Assembly: GCA_964387965.1 (NCBI GenBank)
Contig: CAYLXO010000004.1
Coordinates: forward strand, 1 to 44,364
DNA length: 44,364 nt
Direction: 5' to 3'
Source: an uncultured Candidatus Saccharibacteria bacterium
GTDB lineage: Bacteria; Patescibacteriota; Minisyncoccia; Phycocordibacterales; UBA9973
In this document: positions 35,553 to 44,257 of the stretch, piece after piece
How positions within the stretch are numbered: position 1 is the first letter of the stretch
How the letters are laid out: each line of letters begins with the position of its first letter
The notes under the pieces: generated by a model
Databases searched by the model: none
Seen by the model: the letters and a program-made list of their open reading frames with translations, nothing else
Told to the model about the DNA's origin: nothing
Made by a program: the position numbers and the translations under genes

Positions 35553-36140
35553 CTAATCTATCTCTTTCCAGCCTAGCTGTTTTAACAGAGACTTACAGAG
35601 CTCAACTGGCATTCCCATTAAAGTATCTGTTCCGCCTTTCAAACTTTTTACGGCAGGAGGAAACTCTGGATCCATATAAGTAAATCCACCTGCATACTGC
35701 CCGTATGTTCCTTTGGCGATATATCGCTCTATAAACGCGTCGTTAAACGGACCCATAACAAGCTCTCCAACATCAAGTCCTTCGCGTGTTTCTTTTGTTT
35801 CTATATTTGTAACAGTTATTGCTGTAGCAAAACCAAATGGAGTCTTCCCGTCATACGCTTTTAGAAACTTTCGTTCTTCGTCTGCAGAAAGTGGTTTTTC
35901 AAAGAGATCATCCCCTCGAAACAAAATTGTATCTGCTGTTATAAGAAAAGCGGGTTCGCTAATGCGAGCAAGGAGTGCATCACGTTTTGCATTGGCAAGA
36001 AGTTGAACAAGTTTCAAATGATCTTTTTCGCGAATCGCCTTCTCATCAACATCTGGCGTAATAACTGTACCGATTTTAATATCGGCCTGCTCGAGTAATA
36101 CTTTCCTTTTTGCAGATGCTGAACCTAATATGACTTTCAT
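35553..36140 (-). CDS. maf: Maf-family nucleoside triphosphate pyrophosphatase
   Basis: It begins MKVILGSASAKRKVLLEQA and contains ITADTILFRGDDLFEKP and AGGFTYMD. It is 195 aa long. Confidence 0.85.
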   Translation of the reverse strand: MKVILGSASAKRKVLLEQADIKIGTVITPDVDEKAIREKDHLKLVQLLANAKRDALLARISEPAFLITADTILFRGDDLFEKPLSADEERKFLKAYDGKTPFGFATAITVTNIETKETREGLDVGELVMGPFNDAFIERYIAKGTYGQYAGGFTYMDPEFPPAVKSLKGGTDTLMGMPVELCKSLLKQLGWKEID

Positions 36141-36142
36141 GT

Positions 36143-36766
36143 CTATATGATAACCTCTTTATCCTTACCTACAAACACACATTTTCCACTGTCGCAAAAT
36201 AGTGCTTGTCCATCTCTTAAAATCTTCACGGGATATTTCGAATGGTCAACTTTTTCTTTTATTTTTTCTCTCATTTCATCCGTATAATGAGCAAAAAACA
36301 TATACGGCACAAAATGCAGCCCGGCAAAATCTGTAAGCCCATAAGTCTCCTTATTTTTATCTTTCCAGAATGTAGTTTCAATATTTGCACCCATGATATA
36401 TGAACCTGCACTTGTTCCTACATACATTCCGCCTCTTTGAAAAAATTCATCTAAAAAAATTTTAAAATTTGATTTTCTAGCTTCTAAAAGCAAGTAACAC
36501 GTATCTCCGCCAACAACATGAATAACATTTTTGTCTTGAAAAAAACTCCTGAGTTCATCAATTGTTTTATCTTTAATATCAAATTCGTAGAAATCTATAC
36601 CGAGTTTTTTCATCTCGTTTTTATGATTTTCGATATACGATTTATTTTCGCGCAAATTACCTGCCGTCGTTACATATCCAAGCCTAATTTCTGAAAAAGG
36701 AATCCCTAGAAGCTTGTATCCTTCTTCATATAAAAACCCAGAATTTGACGCGAGGACTAGTTTCAT
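36143..36766 (-). CDS. Peptidase S51 family (dipeptidase E/cyanophycinase-like)
   Basis: It contains VVGGDTCYLL and the GTSAGS nucleophile motif, with a downstream His (FFAHY). Confidence 0.75.
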   Translation of the reverse strand: MKLVLASNSGFLYEEGYKLLGIPFSEIRLGYVTTAGNLRENKSYIENHKNEMKKLGIDFYEFDIKDKTIDELRSFFQDKNVIHVVGGDTCYLLLEARKSNFKIFLDEFFQRGGMYVGTSAGSYIMGANIETTFWKDKNKETYGLTDFAGLHFVPYMFFAHYTDEMREKIKEKVDHSKYPVKILRDGQALFCDSGKCVFVGKDKEVII

Positions 36767-37191
36767 TTTTGTTCACAGAATAATTTTAGCCCACTGTTTG
36801 GGTCAATCTTTTTTTCGAGTTTTTCTGGAAGCCAATCAATGACTGCTTCCCCTGTTGCAGATATTATGAGTTTATTTACATGTCCACCAAAAGTTTCGTG
36901 ATTGTCGTCTCCAAACACCCCATGCGCATGCACCCACGGCGCTCCGTTTATCCAAGCAACATTACCGGTGATTGTTATGACTTCAATATTTCGAGCTGAA
37001 TGTGTTTTTGAAGAATACTTTTGTGTATCGATATCATAGTAAGCAAGCTCAACATCTGTGCACCCACCAATCATAGAAAAATGGAAAGATTTCCCTGCTT
37101 TTTCGGCAAATTCTGTAAGTAATGAAATTGGCTCATCCCCTTTTTCAAATTGAAGGACAGTTTTTAAATTGTTTTCAAATGCGATTTTCAT
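36763..37191 (-). CDS. PPC/DUF296 domain protein
   Basis: It contains SMIGGCTDVELAYYD...ITGNVAW..G.PWVHAHGVFGD...FGGHV and is 142 aa long. There is a 4-nt overlap with the next gene. Confidence 0.7.
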   Translation of the reverse strand: MKIAFENNLKTVLQFEKGDEPISLLTEFAEKAGKSFHFSMIGGCTDVELAYYDIDTQKYSSKTHSARNIEVITITGNVAWINGAPWVHAHGVFGDDNHETFGGHVNKLIISATGEAVIDWLPEKLEKKIDPNSGLKLFCEQK

Positions 37192-37193
37192 AT

Positions 37194-37781
37194 TTAGTCT
37201 GGTCGGCCTATAGATTTCTCTATTGCTTCCATGTGAGCTGGATTATTTCTACGTAAATATTCTAGCACTTTTCCACGCACTCGTGCGCTAGTAAGTCCAG
37301 CTGTTTTCGCATATTCCAAAATATCCTTAATTGCAGGCTCAATTTCGTGTTCAGAATTTACCATTTTTTCAATCTCGCAAATATCATAGCCAAAATCCAT
37401 TCTATCTATGTCGATAGTAAAACCATTTTTCTTGTATTTCCTACGAGTTGTTTCAATTCGACAAAATTTCTCTATGCCAAGACCTTTAAGATTGTCTACG
37501 AGGCTTTTTGTGTTATCAAAACCAAGTTCGATGATTATCTCGCTTTCATTTTCTATCTCTCTATATTGATCTGCCATTCTATCTGGACCGATATTAAGTG
37601 GCATTTTCAATTCCCATCTATCCCCTCGCATGCGAAGCCAAGTATCTTTTGTGGTAAGTGACCAATTTGAATAATCGAAATACTCATCAACAAAAACTTT
37701 TTCGCCAACAAATTCTGCATCTTGAATAAGCAGTTTTTCTTGTTCGGGGGATATGAAAAATTTTTTCTCGACTTCGATCAT
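37194..37781 (-). CDS. CYTH-domain protein, thiamine-triphosphatase (ThTPase)-like
   Basis: It has the EXEXK motif IEVEKKF at the N-terminus, WLRMRGDRWELKMP, and IDIDRMDFGYDICEIE. The layout is colinear with my recollection of mammalian ThTPase. Confidence 0.75.
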   Translation of the reverse strand: MIEVEKKFFISPEQEKLLIQDAEFVGEKVFVDEYFDYSNWSLTTKDTWLRMRGDRWELKMPLNIGPDRMADQYREIENESEIIIELGFDNTKSLVDNLKGLGIEKFCRIETTRRKYKKNGFTIDIDRMDFGYDICEIEKMVNSEHEIEPAIKDILEYAKTAGLTSARVRGKVLEYLRRNNPAHMEAIEKSIGRPD

Positions 37782-37830
37782 GCAGATTTTATATTATCGT
37801 TTGGATAATTGAATGCAGTTCAAGGCGCAA

Positions 37831-37884
37831 ACTCAATTTTGTGACTAAAACGTATTAATAATACGTTGCAGGAACAAATTGAGT
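37831..37884 (-). terminator. Composite hairpin downstream of glyA (inner 9-bp palindrome AACGTATTA-T-TAATACGTT, outer ~11-bp arms)
   Basis: The inverted repeats were read directly. There is only a weak U-run (UUUUAG), so this may be a terminator or an intercistronic processing structure. Confidence 0.4.
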
Positions 37885-37907
37885 GAAGCAACAAAGAAAT
37901 GCGTCAA

Positions 37908-39161
37908 TTATACAAACGACTCAGGAATTGGGAACTGCATGGCAAGAGCCTTCACTTCCTCCTTTATCACTTTCTTTTTCCCTTCATCGTCTTTATTGCG
38001 AAGGGTTTCAATCAAAAGTTCTGCAACGCGTGCGCAATCTGCCTCTTTAAACCCACGAGTAGTGATTGCTGGTGTTCCAAGACGAATTCCGGATGGATCA
38101 AGTGGCTTGCGTGTATCCCCCGCGATTGAGTTCATGTTAAGAGTAATCCCCACTTCATCAAGTACAGTCTGCGCTTCTTTTCCAGTAACACCGATTGAGC
38201 CAAATACATCTGCAAGAATAAGATGGTTGTCTGTTCCCCCTCCAATCATGCGAATTTTTTCACGGTGGAATACTGCTTCCATTGCTTTTGCGTTTTTCAA
38301 AACTTGCTGTGCATATTCTTGATACGCTGGCGTAAGTGCTTCGCCGAATGCTACTGCCTTTGCCGCGATTGTGTGCATGTGTGGTCCACCTTGAATTCCT
38401 GGGAAAATTGATTTGTCGATTTTTTTTGCAATTTCTTCGTTCTCACGTGTAAGAATGATTCCTCCGCGTGGTCCGCGAAGTGTTTTGTGTGTTGTAGATG
38501 TGATGATATCGAATCCATCATCAAATGGGTTGCGAAGAGCTTTACCTGCAATGAGTCCTGCAATGTGCGCCATATCTGCCATAGTGATTGCACCGACTTC
38601 TTTTGCTACTTCAACAAACTTTTTGTAATCAAGTGTACGTGGGTATGCAGAAAATCCAGCAATGATTAGTTTTGGTTTGTGTTCAAGTGCCACCTGTCGA
38701 AGATGATCGTAATCAATCTCGCCAGTTTCTGGATCTTTCATTTTGTATGTAACAAATTTGTAGATCTTTGCTGGAAGTGTCATCGGGTGCCCGTGTGTAA
38801 GGTGTCCTCCATGAGAGAGGTCCATACCAAGTACAGTGTCCCCCGGTTCAAGTAGCGCTGCATATACTGCCAAGTTGGCTGGAGCACCTGAGTGAGGTTG
38901 AACGTTAGCAAATTTACAATTAAAAAGTTTACAAATGCGTTCAATTGCAAGCCGCTCTACTACATCTGTGTATTCTTGTCCGCCATAGTAGCGACGACCA
39001 GGATATCCTTCTGAATATTTATTTGTAAGAATTGAACCGTTTGCAAGAAGCACGTTCTTTGATACGTAGTTCTCACTCGGTATGAGCTCAAGTCCTTCTG
39101 CTTGTCTTTTAGCTTCGCCCGCAATTGCATCAAACACTTCCGTTTCCTTATATGAGCTCAT
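37908..39161 (-). CDS. glyA: Serine hydroxymethyltransferase
   Basis: It contains LIPSENYVS, GYPGRRYYGG and the PLP-lysine block TSTTHKTLRGPRGG. Confidence 0.97.
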   Translation of the reverse strand: MSSYKETEVFDAIAGEAKRQAEGLELIPSENYVSKNVLLANGSILTNKYSEGYPGRRYYGGQEYTDVVERLAIERICKLFNCKFANVQPHSGAPANLAVYAALLEPGDTVLGMDLSHGGHLTHGHPMTLPAKIYKFVTYKMKDPETGEIDYDHLRQVALEHKPKLIIAGFSAYPRTLDYKKFVEVAKEVGAITMADMAHIAGLIAGKALRNPFDDGFDIITSTTHKTLRGPRGGIILTRENEEIAKKIDKSIFPGIQGGPHMHTIAAKAVAFGEALTPAYQEYAQQVLKNAKAMEAVFHREKIRMIGGGTDNHLILADVFGSIGVTGKEAQTVLDEVGITLNMNSIAGDTRKPLDPSGIRLGTPAITTRGFKEADCARVAELLIETLRNKDDEGKKKVIKEEVKALAMQFPIPESFV

Positions 39162-39215
39162 GTATATATAGATTAAACACTAATATGCGAATTCTATCAT
39201 GAAAATTGTAATTAG

Positions 39216-39247
39216 AAAAAAATACAGGGCAACGTGATGTTACCCTG
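39216..39247 (-). terminator. Intrinsic terminator/attenuator 55 nt upstream of the glyA ATG
   Basis: The minus strand reads CAGGGUAAC-auca-CGUUGCCCUG (one mismatch) followed by UAUUUUUUU. Confidence 0.6.
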
Positions 39248-39433
39248 CATAAATATATAGAAACAATATGAAATTTAATTTGTGATTAGGTTGCCTTTAC
39301 ATGACTCCCTACAAAAAAATGGCCTATGGTACCGCACTTATTCTCAATATTATAGAGAATATACGGACTTTTTAAGCAACATTTTGACTTGGTTTAAGTC
39401 TGCTCCTAAAATCAATATTTGTCAAGAGGCAAC

Positions 39434-39472
39434 CTAAAAGGTATTCTACGTGCTACATAGAATACCTTTTAG
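39434..39472 (-). terminator. 15-bp perfect hairpin 11 nt after the helicase stop (no U-run)
   Basis: It reads CTAAAAGGTATTCTA-cgtgctaca-TAGAATACCTTTTAG. Confidence 0.45.
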
Positions 39473-39483
39473 AGAGTTCGCTG

Positions 39484-40989
39484 TTACCCTGGTATGAATG
39501 TCAGAGCCGTACCCTTCTTGTCGGCTCGGCCTGTTCGTCCGATTCGGTGCACATATGTTTCGTAGTCGTTTGGAATATCGTAGTTGATAACGTGTGTTAC
39601 ATTCGGGATATCAAGTCCGCGAGCTGCAACATCAGTTGCAATCAAAATAGTGATTTTATTTTCCTTAAACGCTGCGAGCGTGCGAACACGTTCTCGATTG
39701 TGTTTGTCGCCGTGAATACCAGCTACTTTAAACCCACGATCTTTCAATTCTTTTTCAAGAGTATCTACACTGCGTTTTGTTTCGCGGAAAATAAGTACCT
39801 TGTCTGAACCGTCTTTGATAAGAATATCGTGAAGAAGTTCGAGCTTGTCTGCCGGTCGTGCACGCACAACATCCTGATCAATATTTTTACTTGTCTCCCC
39901 TTTCACAACAGAAACAAAGAGAGGGTCTTTCAAATATTTGTCAGTGAGTTTGCGAATATCTGGTGAAAGAGTCGCAGAGAAAAAGAGTGTCTGTCTATCA
40001 GCACGACATTTATTCAATATAAATTCCATATCATCACGGAATCCCATATCAAGCATGCGGTCTGCTTCATCGAGCACTACTGTACCGTAATCAGAAAGGT
40101 CGAGTGCTTTTTGTTTTATAAGATCTACAACTCGTCCTGGCGTACCAATGACAAAATTGATTCCACGGCGAATTTCACGAATCTGTTTGAAAATTGGCAT
40201 TCCTCCTACTGTAAGAACTGAAAAGAGTGACATCATTTGTGAAAGCGCGCGGAATTCAACATCGATTTGCTGTGCAAGCTCACGTGTCGGTGCAAGTATG
40301 AGAACTTTCTGTTTTTTATCCTGCGCTACGCGATTGATAAGTGGCAAAATAAATGCACCTGTTTTTCCTGTACCTGTGTTTGCAAGTCCAAAGAAATCTT
40401 TCCCCGCTATTATGTGCTCAATTGACTGATCCTGAATTGGAGTTGGGTTTATAAATCCTTTTTTTGCAATATTACGCTTCAAAGAATCGAGAAATGGAAA
40501 GTCTGAAAATGTGTGTACTGGTACATATGGTTTTTCTTCAACTTGTACTGCCTTTTTTACAAACTTTGAGTAGTCAACGGCTGTGCCACCATAACGACCA
40601 CGCTTGTTGAAATTTCGTCCTGGCGCACGATTGCGCTCAAAACTCTTTGAACGACGACCTCCACCGCCACCCTTAAACCCGCCTCGTGTTGATGATTCAA
40701 AACGAGTCGAGGCGTGCCCACCGCGTCCGCCACCAAATGAAGGACGGTCAGAATGACCTCCTTTGTATGAACTACGTGAAGCGCCTTCGCCACTGTTGTG
40801 TCCACGAGATGAATCACCACTTGGGCGTGGTGCTGGACCTGTGTATCGAAAACCACCCCCAGAACGTGTTACTGGAGAAGACTTACCATTAAATTTTCGC
40901 CCGCTTCCACCTCCGTGGCTTCGAGCAAATTTACCACCTGATTGTGGTCGTGCAGAATTGCCTTTATGCATATAACTATTGTTTGTCAT
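39484..40989 (-). CDS. DEAD-box ATP-dependent RNA helicase with an N-terminal Arg/Gly/Ser-rich disordered region
   Basis: Seen are the Q-motif region FINPTPIQ, motif I ANTGTGKT, DEAD (VLDEADRML), SAT, and HRIGRTGRA. The ORF track start at 41007 is TTG. The ATG at 40989 is preceded by AAGG and is preferred. Confidence 0.9.
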   Translation of the reverse strand: MTNNSYMHKGNSARPQSGGKFARSHGGGSGRKFNGKSSPVTRSGGGFRYTGPAPRPSGDSSRGHNSGEGASRSSYKGGHSDRPSFGGGRGGHASTRFESSTRGGFKGGGGGRRSKSFERNRAPGRNFNKRGRYGGTAVDYSKFVKKAVQVEEKPYVPVHTFSDFPFLDSLKRNIAKKGFINPTPIQDQSIEHIIAGKDFFGLANTGTGKTGAFILPLINRVAQDKKQKVLILAPTRELAQQIDVEFRALSQMMSLFSVLTVGGMPIFKQIREIRRGINFVIGTPGRVVDLIKQKALDLSDYGTVVLDEADRMLDMGFRDDMEFILNKCRADRQTLFFSATLSPDIRKLTDKYLKDPLFVSVVKGETSKNIDQDVVRARPADKLELLHDILIKDGSDKVLIFRETKRSVDTLEKELKDRGFKVAGIHGDKHNRERVRTLAAFKENKITILIATDVAARGLDIPNVTHVINYDIPNDYETYVHRIGRTGRADKKGTALTFIPG

Positions 40990-41149
40990 GGACCTTAGCT
41001 CTGACAAACAATGCTAAATTCCATAATCGGCATTCTCTTAATTAAAAATGAGGCCGATCGCCTCTAGTGAGAATACTAAGGAAAGAATAACACTATTATC
41101 AAAAAATGTCAATAAGTGCAGACTTCTACAACTTCTGTATACTAAAAAT

Positions 41150-42091
41150 ATGAAATCTCGCCACGTAGACGAACAATATTTAGACCTCCTCCAAAAACTC
41201 CTCGATGAAGGAAACGAAAAAACCGACCGTACAGGTACGGGTACAAAATCATTTCTTGGCTACCAGATGCGCTTCAATCTCGAAGACGGCTTCCCTCTTC
41301 TCACGACTAAGAAAGTCCCTATCAAAGCTATCATTCACGAACTCCTTTGGTTTATGCGTGGAGATACAAATTTAAAATATCTCGCCGACAACAACGTGCA
41401 TATTTGGGATGAGTGGCCTTACAAGGCATATCTAAAGAAAAATAATTTACCTATCCCAGAAATAAATGGAGAGGAATGGAAAACTGGAATGGCAGAATTT
41501 GTTGAGAAAATAAAATCTGACGAAACGTTTGCAAAAGAAAACGGAAATCTCGGTCCCATCTATGGATACCAGTGGCGAAGTTGGCCAACGCCAAATGGCG
41601 GGCACATCGACCAGCTCGCACAAGTAATTGAGACTATCAAAAAAAATCCTGATGATAGACGCATGATTGTTTCTGCATGGAACGTTGGTCAAATCGAGGA
41701 AATGAAAATTGCTGGCCTTCCACCATGCCATTGTTTTTTCCAATTCTATGTAGCAGATGGCAAACTTTCTTGTCAGCTCTATCAGCGTAGTTGCGACACA
41801 TTCCTTGGTGTTCCCTTCAACATTGCGTCATACTCAATTTTTACAATGATCATGGCGCAAATTTGCGGACTAAAACCAGGAGAATTTGTCTGGACTGGTG
41901 GTGATGTACATTTGTACAAAAATCATATCGAACAAGCAAAGCTTCAACTCACTCGCCGTTCTGATATTCGCCCACTTCCAAAAATGAAAATCAACCCAGC
42001 AAAAAACAAAATCGAGGATTTTACAATTGAAGATTTTGAACTTGTAGATTACAACCCTCATGAAGCTATTAAAGCTCCTATAGCGGTCTAA
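41150..42091 (+). CDS. thyA: Thymidylate synthase (ThyA, long form with the small-domain insertion)
   Basis: It contains DRTGTGT, IHELLWF, the catalytic Cys in [28 protein letters not shown], and C-terminal KAPIAV. The ORF track start at 41048 is an upstream run-on. The ATG at 41150 follows TATACT by 6 nt. Confidence 0.95.
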   Translation: MKSRHVDEQYLDLLQKLLDEGNEKTDRTGTGTKSFLGYQMRFNLEDGFPLLTTKKVPIKAIIHELLWFMRGDTNLKYLADNNVHIWDEWPYKAYLKKNNLPIPEINGEEWKTGMAEFVEKIKSDETFAKENGNLGPIYGYQWRSWPTPNGGHIDQLAQVIETIKKNPDDRRMIVSAWNVGQIEEMKIAGLPPCHCFFQFYVADGKLSCQLYQRSCDTFLGVPFNIASYSIFTMIMAQICGLKPGEFVWTGGDVHLYKNHIEQAKLQLTRRSDIRPLPKMKINPAKNKIEDFTIEDFELVDYNPHEAIKAPIAV

Positions 42092-42095
42092 AAAT

Positions 42096-42521
42096 ATGAA
42101 AGCAGGTGCAGACTACATAGGAATAGGTGCTGGAGCTCTCATCTTTAATGATGAAGGCAAGATACTTCTTATGAAGCGCGGCGCTAGCGCAAAAAATGAA
42201 ATCGGCCACTGGACTATTCCAGGAGGTTCTATCGAATTCGGTGAGACAATGAAAGATGCAGTCATACGCGAGGCGCGTGAAGAAATCGGATGCGAAATAG
42301 AAATTGATGGTCAGCTTCCTGCCATCGACCACATACTCCCAAGTGAAAACCAACACTGGGTAACAACCATTTTTACCTGCCGTATAAAAAGTGGAACACC
42401 AAAAATTCTTGAAACAGAAAAATGCGAGGAGATGAACTGGTTCTCTCTTGATAATCTCCCATCCCCTCTTTCTGCTTCTATCAAAGATACAGTAGAAAAT
42501 TTTTATACTATAGCTGGCTAA
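42096..42521 (+). CDS. NUDIX hydrolase (MutT-like), 141 aa
   Basis: It has a perfect NUDIX box GSIEFGETMKDAVIREAREEIGC. It starts 4 nt after the thyA stop. Confidence 0.85.
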   Translation: MKAGADYIGIGAGALIFNDEGKILLMKRGASAKNEIGHWTIPGGSIEFGETMKDAVIREAREEIGCEIEIDGQLPAIDHILPSENQHWVTTIFTCRIKSGTPKILETEKCEEMNWFSLDNLPSPLSASIKDTVENFYTIAG

Positions 42522-42526
42522 CAATC

Positions 42527-44248
42527 ATGGAAACCCACAACTGCCAAAACTGTAAATCTGATTTTGTCATCGACGAAGATGATCTTTTGTTCTACCAAAA
42601 AATGCAGGTACCGAAGCCGACCTTTTGTCCGTTTTGTAGACACATTAGACGCTCGGCACTTATTAGCGAAAGTGCTCTATATAAAGGTACGTGCGCAAGG
42701 TGCAAAAAGTCTCTTATAACAATGCATCATCAAGATGATGGATATACAATCTACTGTCCTAAATGTAAACACGGAGAAAATTGGGATGGCCGTGAATATG
42801 GAAGAGATTATGATTTTTCGAAAAACTTTTTCGAACAATTTTTCAAAATGTTTAAAGAAACTCCTGTTATATCAATGGAACAGACGGAAACAAACGGTGA
42901 GGGTTGTGAGTACTCAAACTATATTTCTGGAAGTAAAAATTCGTATTTGTCATACGGAATACATGGATCAGAAAATATTTTTTATTCAAAATATGTATTT
43001 CGGGGCACAAAAAACTGTGTGGATTGTCTTTTAATAAAGAAAAATGATCGTTGCTACGAAAATGTCAGATCGTATGCGAATTATGATTGTAAATTTCTGC
43101 TCGAAAGTCACGAGTGTGTTTCGTCTGCATTTCTTTATGATTGCATAAACTGCGCGAACTGCTTTATGTCTAGCAACTTGCGGAACAAAAGCTATGTTTT
43201 TCGTAACAAGCAACTTACAAAGGAAGAATACACAAAAGAATTGGCCTCTCTTAATTTAAACACGTACCATGAACAAACTACAGCCAAGAAAGAATTCTCT
43301 AATTTGATGCTCAGCTCTATACATAAATATGCGGACATAAAAAACTCCTCCGGATGTACCGGCGATTTTATCCGCCACTCAAATAATTGTATAAAGTGTT
43401 TCGGTGTTCTTGATTCAGAAAATTTGAGAAACTCCTACATTATTCTAAATACTGCATCAGAAAATTCGCACGACATTATGTTTACCGGACAGGTTTCAGA
43501 TTGTTACGAAGTTGTTTATGGAGGAAAAGCCATGACAAATATAAAATTTACAAAAAGTTGTGGTGGTGGAAGTCAGAATTTGGAATATTCGGCAAACTGT
43601 AGAAACTGTAAAGATTGTTTTGGATGTTTTGGCCTTATGAGAAATCAATACTGTATCTTAAACAAACAGTACACAAAAGAAGAATACGATGAACTCGTTC
43701 CTAAAATAAAAAAACATATGGACGAAATGCCTTATGTAGATAAACTCGGGAGAATCTACAAATATGGAGAATACTTCCCTACCGAACTATCACCATTTGC
43801 ATATAACGAAACATTGGCTTTTGAAGAAGCTCCTCTTACAAAAGAAAAAGCGCTTGCAGAAGGTTACAGATGGAGAGATATGGATGCAAAGTCATATCCT
43901 GCAACAATATTGAGTAAAGATCTTCCTGACTCAATCGTAGATGTACAGGATTCTATATTAAACGAAGTAATAGCATGCCCAAACAATGGAGACCCCAAGA
44001 CTCGTTGTACTTCTGCGTTTAAAATAATCCCAGATGAATTAGCATTCTATAGACTCATGAAATTACCCATACCACGCTACTGTCCAAACTGTAGATACTA
44101 TGACCGGCTAAAGTGGAAGAATCCATTTAAGTTCTGGCATAGGAAGTGTATGAACCAAAATTGCTCTAACGAATTCGAAACAAGCTACGCACCTGAGCGA
44201 CCTGAGATTGTATTTTGTGAGAGTTGCTATCAGAAGGAAGTCCTGTAG
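42527..44248 (+). CDS. Cys-rich protein (573 aa; 35 Cys by my count): zinc-ribbon modules at both ends flanking CxxC-containing internal repeats; function unknown
   Basis: The N-terminus is CQNC..FVIDEDDLLFYQKMQVPKPTFCPFCRHIRR followed by CARC..CPKC. The C-terminus is FKIIPDELAFYRLMKLPIPRYCPNCRYYDRL..CMNQNC..FCESC. Internal units include NCVDC, CINCANCF, NCIKCFG and NCRNCKDCFGCFG, each followed by ..LRN..Y....NKQ(Y/L)TKEEY. Confidence 0.75.
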   Translation: METHNCQNCKSDFVIDEDDLLFYQKMQVPKPTFCPFCRHIRRSALISESALYKGTCARCKKSLITMHHQDDGYTIYCPKCKHGENWDGREYGRDYDFSKNFFEQFFKMFKETPVISMEQTETNGEGCEYSNYISGSKNSYLSYGIHGSENIFYSKYVFRGTKNCVDCLLIKKNDRCYENVRSYANYDCKFLLESHECVSSAFLYDCINCANCFMSSNLRNKSYVFRNKQLTKEEYTKELASLNLNTYHEQTTAKKEFSNLMLSSIHKYADIKNSSGCTGDFIRHSNNCIKCFGVLDSENLRNSYIILNTASENSHDIMFTGQVSDCYEVVYGGKAMTNIKFTKSCGGGSQNLEYSANCRNCKDCFGCFGLMRNQYCILNKQYTKEEYDELVPKIKKHMDEMPYVDKLGRIYKYGEYFPTELSPFAYNETLAFEEAPLTKEKALAEGYRWRDMDAKSYPATILSKDLPDSIVDVQDSILNEVIACPNNGDPKTRCTSAFKIIPDELAFYRLMKLPIPRYCPNCRYYDRLKWKNPFKFWHRKCMNQNCSNEFETSYAPERPEIVFCESCYQKEVL

Positions 44249-44257
44249 ACTTTAGGT

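Noticed and set aside
39310-39345. GUGCGGUACCAUAGG in the glyA leader resembles the T-box GGUGGUACC motif.
   Set aside because: There is no UGGN tetranucleotide to pair with the tRNA NCCA end, no F-box, and no antiterminator geometry with the 39216-39247 terminator.
41150-42091. ThyA homolog plus dut, kinase and NUDIX genes considered as a DNA hypermodification (hydroxymethyl-pyrimidine) pathway.
   Set aside because: The protein is colinear with bona fide ThyA. It includes the ELLWF Trp, the PPCH catalytic Cys and the dUMP-specifying Asn in FNIASY (dCMP hydroxymethylases have Asp there). There are no glycosyltransferase or phage genes nearby.
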